DNA from: an uncultured virus (IMG/VR IMGVR_UViG_3300014205_000203)
Taxonomy: Duplodnaviria; Heunggongvirae; Uroviricota; Caudoviricetes
Strand: one strand, 5' to 3'
Length of the DNA stretch: 64,000 bases
IMG/VR virus record: IMGVR_UViG_3300014205_000203
The translations under genes were made by a program, and so were the position numbers. Positions 57,081 to 64,000 of this stretch are shown piece by piece. Every line of letters begins with the position of its first letter. Positions within the stretch are counted from its first letter, which is position 1. The notes beneath the pieces are model-generated. The model did no database searches, was not told where the DNA came from, and was given only the letters and a program-made list of their open reading frames with translations.

Positions 57081-58276
57081 AATTTTATTTCGGCTGTTGG
57101 TATGTTAAAGAACCTGTCAGGGTCCATTGGATTAAGATACTCAAAATATTCATTAATCGCTTTTGTATAGCGCCTTTCTTTTTCCCTAAGTACATTTGGA
57201 TGGGCACCCGAAAATACATTTGATTCAAAATCCATCCCGTACCATATCGGCCATCTTGCAAAGCTATCAATCATTATTTCACCGCCGCAGCTTATCGGGT
57301 CAACCTGAAAGTGACCAATAACAAATCCGTTATCATCTTTCACGTTCTTTAAATACAATTTGTCGCCGCATTCGCTCCATTTCATTTCACCGGTACAATC
57401 TATTCGTGATTTTTCATACCACACCTTGCAGCATTTTGGTTTTGCACCTAAAAAGCAGCCGCATTTATTGTATATAAGATCTTCATTTTCTGCTGTGTCT
57501 TTAGGGCAACCACAATCTTTTGTGTCAAGTCTGCCCAGGTTCTTGTAAGTTTTTAATACTACAACTTCCTGTCCTGAACTACATGAACCTACTCTTTCTT
57601 TTATACCATTGCCGGACGTTATTATTATTGGGGCATTATCACTTACACAAACTGTTACACCGGTATCGTCAACTTCTTGACTTCTTACCAATTCTCCGTC
57701 ACATTTTGTATAGCTGAATGATGCAGAACCAATAATACTTCCGAACAACTGCCATGTTGAACAAGTACCATTCAAAACAGGGTTTTCGGAATACTGCAGC
57801 ACATCTCCATTATCACAACATTTTACCCAGGTCTTTTCATAGTACTTAACTCCATCCAGTTCAAATTTTTCAGTTATTACAACCTGTAAATTGTCGATGC
57901 AATCGCACAGGTCTGTAGAAGAACAGCCACAACCAGACTTTTGGATTGGTGGCTTTGTAAAAACATTGAGTTTATCGTTATAGAAAACCTGTATTAATTC
58001 ATTATGCTTATTGGTAACATCTACTCCTAAAAACCTTGTCATTCCATAAGGCTTTTTTATGTACGGGTATTTGTCGCCGGGACCGGCAGGAAATACTTGT
58101 AAATACTTACTGATAGTGGTAGGCATTATGTTGGTGTACAATTTTTCGAAAATATCCTGCGCTATGGCTTCGTATTTTCTGAAATACTTACGATTCAAAT
58201 TACCTTGACGAAGCAGATAACCATTAACCACTTCGGAAAGTGTATATTTCGGCGATATGTCTTTTTCTTCGGTCAT
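57077..58276 (-). CDS. Cys-rich putative ring/adaptor virion protein
   Basis: 399 aa; YTLSEVVNGYL start and many Cys clusters; positional. Confidence 0.5.
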   Translation of the reverse strand: MTEEKDISPKYTLSEVVNGYLLRQGNLNRKYFRKYEAIAQDIFEKLYTNIMPTTISKYLQVFPAGPGDKYPYIKKPYGMTRFLGVDVTNKHNELIQVFYNDKLNVFTKPPIQKSGCGCSSTDLCDCIDNLQVVITEKFELDGVKYYEKTWVKCCDNGDVLQYSENPVLNGTCSTWQLFGSIIGSASFSYTKCDGELVRSQEVDDTGVTVCVSDNAPIIITSGNGIKERVGSCSSGQEVVVLKTYKNLGRLDTKDCGCPKDTAENEDLIYNKCGCFLGAKPKCCKVWYEKSRIDCTGEMKWSECGDKLYLKNVKDDNGFVIGHFQVDPISCGGEIMIDSFARWPIWYGMDFESNVFSGAHPNVLREKERRYTKAINEYFEYLNPMDPDRFFNIPTAEIKL

Positions 58277-58938
58277 TATTTAACAGGCTGTGTTTGTGAA
58301 GTATCAACTTCGGTTGCCGGTGTAATGTTTTTATTTGAATTATTCGTTGTATCAACAAATGGTGTTTCCTTCTTCCCAGCAATCATAAAGTTCCATGCAA
58401 TTGTTGCAATTTCAAACTCTTTACTCTTAGGCAGTTTAAATTGATCATCGTCTGGTGAGGCAATGTAATACACAGGAACCGTTTCGGGTATATTACAAGT
58501 TCCGTCAAACTTCAATTCTTCAAAATCTGCATACCAGTAAATTATATCACTTTTTACTCTTTTGCCACTTAATTGCCACGATTCAGTTATTGTAGTACGG
58601 ACGAACTTTGAGCCATTGCCTACCTGTTGAATACCAGATGTTTGAGAATCGTAGGTAAAGCCAGTAAATTTCAAGTTAGAAATATCGGCTTTTTTATCTT
58701 TAACTTTTACATCTTTCTTGCTCCACCAGTCCTGAGAAAAAATGATCATTGGTATTCCTTCTGAACGGGAAGCATCATAAATTTGTTTAGCTACCTGGTC
58801 TGCCACACTTCCAAAAGCCTTACCTATCCAAATAGCAAAGTCCTCCAGATCAAAGAAGGCTTCATCAGGCTTGAAGTCCTGATAGTACAAGTCCATAATT
58901 CCTTGTGCTGCTTGTTTAAGTGCTTTTGAAACCGCCAT
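58276..58938 (-). CDS. Putative ring/adaptor virion protein
   Basis: 220 aa; C-terminal DDQFKLP...EIA...DTTNN resembles ring-protein tails; positional. Confidence 0.45.
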   Translation of the reverse strand: MAVSKALKQAAQGIMDLYYQDFKPDEAFFDLEDFAIWIGKAFGSVADQVAKQIYDASRSEGIPMIIFSQDWWSKKDVKVKDKKADISNLKFTGFTYDSQTSGIQQVGNGSKFVRTTITESWQLSGKRVKSDIIYWYADFEELKFDGTCNIPETVPVYYIASPDDDQFKLPKSKEFEIATIAWNFMIAGKKETPFVDTTNNSNKNITPATEVDTSQTQPVK

Positions 58939-59200
58939 TACTGATTAATTTTTCTGTTTCTTCAATCAACGCTTCTTGTTTATATATAACATCAATTTTA
59001 TGAAAAATTGCAGACTTTGCCATATCTCTAAAATCTTCCTCCTTGTTAAATGCTTTCAAATCCGTTTTACTCATTACTTCCAACATTGCATCTCTGTATT
59101 CAACCAAATTCCATGTAATTTCCTTTAACCATTTGTTATATTCTTCTATAAATACTTTTTCCTCTGCATTGGTTATTCCGGTTACTTTAAAACGTGCCAT
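58916..59200 (-). CDS. Hypothetical protein
   Basis: 94 aa ORF coupled to both neighbours. Confidence 0.6.
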   Translation of the reverse strand: MARFKVTGITNAEEKVFIEEYNKWLKEITWNLVEYRDAMLEVMSKTDLKAFNKEEDFRDMAKSAIFHKIDVIYKQEALIEETEKLISNGGFKST

Positions 59201-59994
59201 TATACAACTGGTTGTATTAAAATTATCCTGTTATTTACATTGTTACCGCAATGCTCCGGGCATTCTGTTACTCCAAAATTACTTATGGAATAGTTCAGTT
59301 TTATAACACCGTCAAACTTATCCAATATCCATTGAACCTGCTTACCGCTTTCTCCACCTATACTGCTTTCAATTATAAATCCTTTAGAGTGCTGCAATAC
59401 TGCTAACAAATGATCAAAGTTTCCTTCAAAAGCCAATCCTTTAATCAAAATAAATTTATCCCGTGGAAGTTCGGTATTTATCAAGTCCCTTCCTTCTTTT
59501 TTGTCAACAGATAAATAGCCTGAATATCTGGTCAGGTTTTCTGTCAAGCCTCCCACTTCAATAACAGGATAATCTTTTTGAATTGCGGCCTGTAAAAAGC
59601 AATCATACAATTTATCTCTGAACTCAAATTTATTAAGGTAAGAATAATCGCTGTTAGGAATGATACCGCCTGTGTATTTATATCCGTATTCAAAGAATTT
59701 TACAGCCCGATCGATAACAGCACAAATGCCACACATAGCAACAATGTAAAACGGAATATTAGCAAATACCTGGTATTGTACAGGTATGTACTTTAGAATT
59801 GCATACTGCGACATTATGAAGACAATACCCCAAATTGAGCTAACACAGATACCGCAGCTAAAAAGAGCCTCGTGCATAGCCTTTGGGAAAAAGTATTTCC
59901 AGACTTTAGGGAGTTTATCAAGTAAAAAACCATTGCGCTGAAGTGTGTACCAGCCATAGCAAAAGAAAGCGCCTGTAATAACAATTTGTAGCAT
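59200..59994 (-). CDS. Membrane protein (about 3 TM, CxxC) with a C-terminal Rossmann/SAM-like domain
   Basis: MLQIVITGAFFCYGW, LFSCGICVSSIWG and VIEVGG. The track start at 60258 overlaps the opposite gene and is rejected. Confidence 0.55.
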   Translation of the reverse strand: MLQIVITGAFFCYGWYTLQRNGFLLDKLPKVWKYFFPKAMHEALFSCGICVSSIWGIVFIMSQYAILKYIPVQYQVFANIPFYIVAMCGICAVIDRAVKFFEYGYKYTGGIIPNSDYSYLNKFEFRDKLYDCFLQAAIQKDYPVIEVGGLTENLTRYSGYLSVDKKEGRDLINTELPRDKFILIKGLAFEGNFDHLLAVLQHSKGFIIESSIGGESGKQVQWILDKFDGVIKLNYSISNFGVTECPEHCGNNVNNRIILIQPVV

Positions 59995-60047
59995 ACTATA
60001 AATTTGGGGCCATTGATTCAACCCATTCTGCATAGGTTTCCATTGTG

Positions 60048-60075
60048 CTAAATTAATATTAAATTGTTTACTTTG
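60048..60075. promoter_or_regulatory. Candidate divergent promoter region for the virion genes
   Basis: TAATTTAG on - (60055-60048) and TTACTTTG on + (60068-60075), each one mismatch from TAnnTTTG, between divergent ORFs. Confidence 0.35.
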
Positions 60076-60091
60076 TGTAAAATTTATTCCA

Positions 60092-63000
60092 ATGCCAGAT
60101 GCAAAGTTAATCCCCGTAAAATGCAACCTCGACCTGGGCCCCGAATACATAGACGAACATACCGCCAGATTTATGAAAGGATTAACCCCGTTTGTTGGAA
60201 CGGTAGATAGTGCTGGCAATGTTCTGGAAGGGGAAAATGAGATAAAATTAAAGCCCAATCAGTCAAATGAATTGTACGTTAATATTCCTGTACCGGCTGG
60301 AGATAATTTTTTGGTTGGAGCCCGTGGTTTTCCTGAAAGTAATGAGATTTATTGCGCTGTTTACAACAGTAATAATGATCATTTTTGGTATCGCCTCAAT
60401 TGCTTAACCAGAACCTTCGATATTATAAAAATAGATAGCTGCTTTAACTTCCAGAAAGATCCCCGCTATTTTATGGGTATCGGGCAAATAACCCTTACGC
60501 TTATTCCTCTTGTCAATCCAGATACAAAAGAAGAATTTATTGCCAAAGAATTGAAATGGACCGACAATAAAAATCCGCAGGGGTTCATACGAGTTCAAGA
60601 CTGCATAGATACCAATGGGTTTGATGCAACTGCGTTTCCATACTTTGCCGGCACTTATGATAAATGCCCTTTAGTCAGGATGGGTGTACCTACTCCAAAA
60701 CAATGCATTAAGGTTACAGAGATACCTTCAGAGCCGGGATTTTCAAGCAATATTGAAATTGGGTTTTCTGGTGGCATAACCACAAACGAAGTGTGTGCAG
60801 CTGTAACTTTTGCCGGGATAACGGGAACCTTCCTTGTAACATTCTATGCTGCCACCAATACAATGAAGTTCCAAACCAACACGAATGGTAATGAATTTAC
60901 TACAATTGGTAGTACAATTACTATAAACGGGACCGTTGCTAATAATGGCATTAGAAATATTATGGTAGTGGCTATTTCCTCAAGCCTTGTAAATGATCAG
61001 AAAAACAACCGTCTGCTATACCAAAAATGGTATTTTATGCAGCAAAATGTTGATGTGTGGGGACGACCTTCTGAATGGGGTATAAGATCAGCCGAATACA
61101 TACCAGGTATCAATGATTGTATTGCTAACAGCAATAACATTGTTCGCTGTCTTAATCTTGAACTGGATGCAGGAAATCCAATTATTGATAGCATAAATAT
61201 TGGATTTATTTCGTGTGCAAATGGTATTTCTACTGTTTGGAAGAAAGAAGCAACATTATTTTTATACAAGGGAAGTAACATTGGGGAATGGTGGAAACGT
61301 CCACGAAACCCGGATATTGCCTACAATCAGGTAACCAATACAATTACTTATAAATTCTGCCGGGATAAAGAGTGCGAAATTATCCCTGTTGATGAAACGA
61401 CCAGAATAGAAAACCCGTTACCTAAAAGATCAGCGGCCATCATGGATTTAAACCATGAAACCTCACTATTCAATAATAAAAGCAAGTTTTCTCCTTTCTC
61501 CCAGGCGCTAAAGGAAAAAATAACACATACTGTAATTCCTCCGACTGAAGCAGACCTCGGGTTACGTAACATAACTATCTACGTGGCTATTTACAACGAA
61601 TTTTACCAAGCCCCAACAGATTATCAAGGTAAGTTTGTTGGAGTGGCACCAGATGGGAATAACGGATTTTACTTTGGGGGAATTACCAGCAATGGTCAGT
61701 ATAGCGGTGCATGGGCTGAAAGATATCAGCAGCGATTTAAAAATAAGGCTCAATCCGGTTTTGATGGTTATTTGGTAGGTGGTGGCAATGTAATAAGCAC
61801 TCAGGTAATAGAACAGCCAAACGGAACTTTATTAGACGACCCGAAACATACATTAATGTTTAACCAAAGTGGTTTACCACTTCAAAAATTTGTATTTACC
61901 AATGTGCCTGTACCACCAACTGGTAAATATATTTTCAGGCTGGCTTCTCAACTTTCAGATTCAAATGTGGATGCAAATTACAGGCAAACAAGTACAACAG
62001 TTTGGGGAACTTGCGACTATACAAGGGTGAATGGAAGGTTAAATATTGATTCTAAAACAAGAGGTAAGTATCATTCGCAGGAAATCTTAATTGATGTATG
62101 CAATGGCGACTATGATACATTTAAAGATGGCGGTAATAAGATTCTTGTGGTTGCAGATATGGCTGCAGTTGTACAAGGTGGAGAATACAAAGCTGTAAGC
62201 CGGTATGTGTATGAAACCAACATGAATGGTTATAATCAATCACCAGTTGAGTTGCTTAATGTGATTGCGGCCAATATGACCACTTCCCAAATAACAGATC
62301 ACAACGGATATATGTGGGTAACAACCAGAGGCCGGGGAAGAACCTATGCGCTTGATCAGGTTTATACTTGTGTGTGGAACCAATTAAGATACGGACAGTC
62401 TAATACGGCAGGAATGGTTATTGACCAGCCGATATTTACGCAAGGGGTTTTAGAAAAACCATGTAACAGAGTATTGATAAGAGGTAAGATATTATTGCAA
62501 GGAACAAACATTGGTATTTCAAATGCTTTAGTAACTATTACCCGTGGTGCAAGTGCTGTAACTGATGAAAATGGGGAATTTGAAATAATCGCACACGATG
62601 ATGTTTACGAGTTTTTAGGAGGTAGAGTAAGAAAAGATAAATTGATAATTACTTCTGTCTGTGCTTATGATAAACTCTGTCTGGATATACCAGTTCAATG
62701 GCCCCCTTGTTCAAATTGTAATGAAAGGATTGTTACTATTGCTGAAACTGTTTTTTTAACCTATACCAATAAAAAAGGATTGCTAAGTGGTGGCGTTTAT
62801 CCGCTGGGCTGTGTTGGCTTTGATTGGTTAGGCCGTGCAACATTTGTTCAGCCGTTGGGAATGATTACCATTCCTACCATTACTGAAACAAAAAACATTG
62901 CTCCATCTACGGTTCAAATAAATATTGACCCTGCAGCAACATTCCCGGCAGATATAGAATACATCACCTTCTGGATAGGGCCGGAAACCACTTTACAAAA

Positions 63001-64000
63001 ATATCTTAGCTGGATTGCAGATAAGGTTGAATTTATAGATGCCCAGGGATTAGTAAATAATACCTCCCCAACACAGATAAGAATTTACTACGGCTCTATA
63101 CTTGAATTTAACAAGTTAAACAACTTCAATACAACAACTGCGTGGGATTTTATACCAGAAGGACAAACAAAACCTGTATTGAATGACCGGGTTAGATTTT
63201 ACATCAACGGGGATGGTAAATTTTTCAATAAAGCTAATTCCAATCTTGTAAAGTATGATGATACCGGAAAAGCTTTTACAATCGATTATAGCGCCGACCT
63301 GAAAGATCTTAAAGAAAATGCTTTGCTTAGATTGGAAAGGTTGAAAAATTGTACTGGCAATGAAAAATACCGTGAAGTATGTGGAAGCAAAGTTGAAATA
63401 AGAAACGGTAAGGCCCTTACAAATCAGTTCATCTTAAATGCTTACGATACCTACTATGTAAACCGGGCCATGCCGGTTCCTGCGCCTGTAATTCAAGCGC
63501 CAACAACCGCAGCCATAACAACAACCATAACAACTGGTAACACTTCTGTTGCTACCCAGCAAATCCCTGTTGCTACACCTACCGTTTTACAGCTACGTAC
63601 ATTCGGATTTAAGTTTGAGCATTTTGCACCTTCCAATTTTTGGGGTAGTGGATGCTTGATTGGACGGGAGCATAGCAAGAATCCATACGAAGCGGAATTG
63701 ATAGAGCCATATCAGGTAATGAGAAGTGGTGCTTTGTCTGTCAACGGCCAGCTTAACTACCTGTGCTACTTTGATGATCGGAAGAAACTGAATTTTGAAA
63801 TCCCGGAATGTGGAGGCATCACAAGTGTAGTGCAGAAAATAGGAATCGTTGCCGCCATCTGCAGAACTAAAATATTTACCGTAGGTTTTAATGATAACCT
63901 GGGCAGAGTAAATAAAGATGGAACATTTCAGGCAGGTAGTATAGATAATGAATTTGGTAAGCCACAACCGATCGGGGATTATGGCTGCGACCATAAGGAT
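60092..64000 (+). CDS. Large tail stabilisation/nozzle-like protein (P22 gp10/crAss-like), partial; absent from the ORF track because it has no stop in the window
   Basis: ATG 60092 gives MPDAKLIPVKCNLDLGPEYID. The frame is open at every point checked and ends PQPIGDYGCDHKD. N-terminal NLDL and late GDYGC resemble crAss-like stabilisation proteins. Confidence 0.7.
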   Translation, partial: MPDAKLIPVKCNLDLGPEYIDEHTARFMKGLTPFVGTVDSAGNVLEGENEIKLKPNQSNELYVNIPVPAGDNFLVGARGFPESNEIYCAVYNSNNDHFWYRLNCLTRTFDIIKIDSCFNFQKDPRYFMGIGQITLTLIPLVNPDTKEEFIAKELKWTDNKNPQGFIRVQDCIDTNGFDATAFPYFAGTYDKCPLVRMGVPTPKQCIKVTEIPSEPGFSSNIEIGFSGGITTNEVCAAVTFAGITGTFLVTFYAATNTMKFQTNTNGNEFTTIGSTITINGTVANNGIRNIMVVAISSSLVNDQKNNRLLYQKWYFMQQNVDVWGRPSEWGIRSAEYIPGINDCIANSNNIVRCLNLELDAGNPIIDSINIGFISCANGISTVWKKEATLFLYKGSNIGEWWKRPRNPDIAYNQVTNTITYKFCRDKECEIIPVDETTRIENPLPKRSAAIMDLNHETSLFNNKSKFSPFSQALKEKITHTVIPPTEADLGLRNITIYVAIYNEFYQAPTDYQGKFVGVAPDGNNGFYFGGITSNGQYSGAWAERYQQRFKNKAQSGFDGYLVGGGNVISTQVIEQPNGTLLDDPKHTLMFNQSGLPLQKFVFTNVPVPPTGKYIFRLASQLSDSNVDANYRQTSTTVWGTCDYTRVNGRLNIDSKTRGKYHSQEILIDVCNGDYDTFKDGGNKILVVADMAAVVQGGEYKAVSRYVYETNMNGYNQSPVELLNVIAANMTTSQITDHNGYMWVTTRGRGRTYALDQVYTCVWNQLRYGQSNTAGMVIDQPIFTQGVLEKPCNRVLIRGKILLQGTNIGISNALVTITRGASAVTDENGEFEIIAHDDVYEFLGGRVRKDKLIITSVCAYDKLCLDIPVQWPPCSNCNERIVTIAETVFLTYTNKKGLLSGGVYPLGCVGFDWLGRATFVQPLGMITIPTITETKNIAPSTVQINIDPAATFPADIEYITFWIGPETTLQKYLSWIADKVEFIDAQGLVNNTSPTQIRIYYGSILEFNKLNNFNTTTAWDFIPEGQTKPVLNDRVRFYINGDGKFFNKANSNLVKYDDTGKAFTIDYSADLKDLKENALLRLERLKNCTGNEKYREVCGSKVEIRNGKALTNQFILNAYDTYYVNRAMPVPAPVIQAPTTAAITTTITTGNTSVATQQIPVATPTVLQLRTFGFKFEHFAPSNFWGSGCLIGREHSKNPYEAELIEPYQVMRSGALSVNGQLNYLCYFDDRKKLNFEIPECGGITSVVQKIGIVAAICRTKIFTVGFNDNLGRVNKDGTFQAGSIDNEFGKPQPIGDYGCDHKD

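Noticed and set aside
11530..59994. Stop-codon reassignment as seen in some crAss-like phages
   Set aside because: Very long ORFs are intact under the standard code, and TAG and TGA both end genes at sensible boundaries.
60404..63994. Short minus-strand ORFs listed in the track for the last 3.6 kb
   Set aside because: They are antisense shadows of the long + strand ORF starting at 60092.

Overview
This window is a gene-dense segment of a large tailed dsDNA phage. The host is most likely a Bacteroidota species (A-rich SD-less leaders, Bacteroidota-type ssb/arsR/radC/holin sequences), and the virion module resembles crAss-like/podoviral phages. Positions 166-11528 (+) are an early/accessory region: C5 and N6 DNA methyltransferases, RadC/JAB, SSB, ArsR, an RNase H-like protein and many small hypotheticals. 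Positions 11530-59994 (-) carry lysis, ring, capsid, scaffold, portal and terminase genes, signal-peptide-bearing fibre-like genes, and giant putative injected proteins (a DarB-like MTase-SNF2 helicase and a ParB-containing polyvalent protein). A >1300-codon tail protein gene starts at 60092 (+) and runs off the end. The standout feature is a tandem array of four type I hammerhead ribozymes (2805-2861, 3145-3199, 3549-3602, 4102-4206) separating consecutive early genes. In three of them the upstream gene's UGA stop codon is the UGA of the catalytic CUGANGA box. All four share essentially the same stem I (GGUUAR/UUAACC), and each predicted cut lies 23-24 nt before the next AUG. This suggests a self-cleaving mRNA-segmenting system that might also circularise single-gene RNAs. 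All protein calls come from motifs read by eye; no searches were run.
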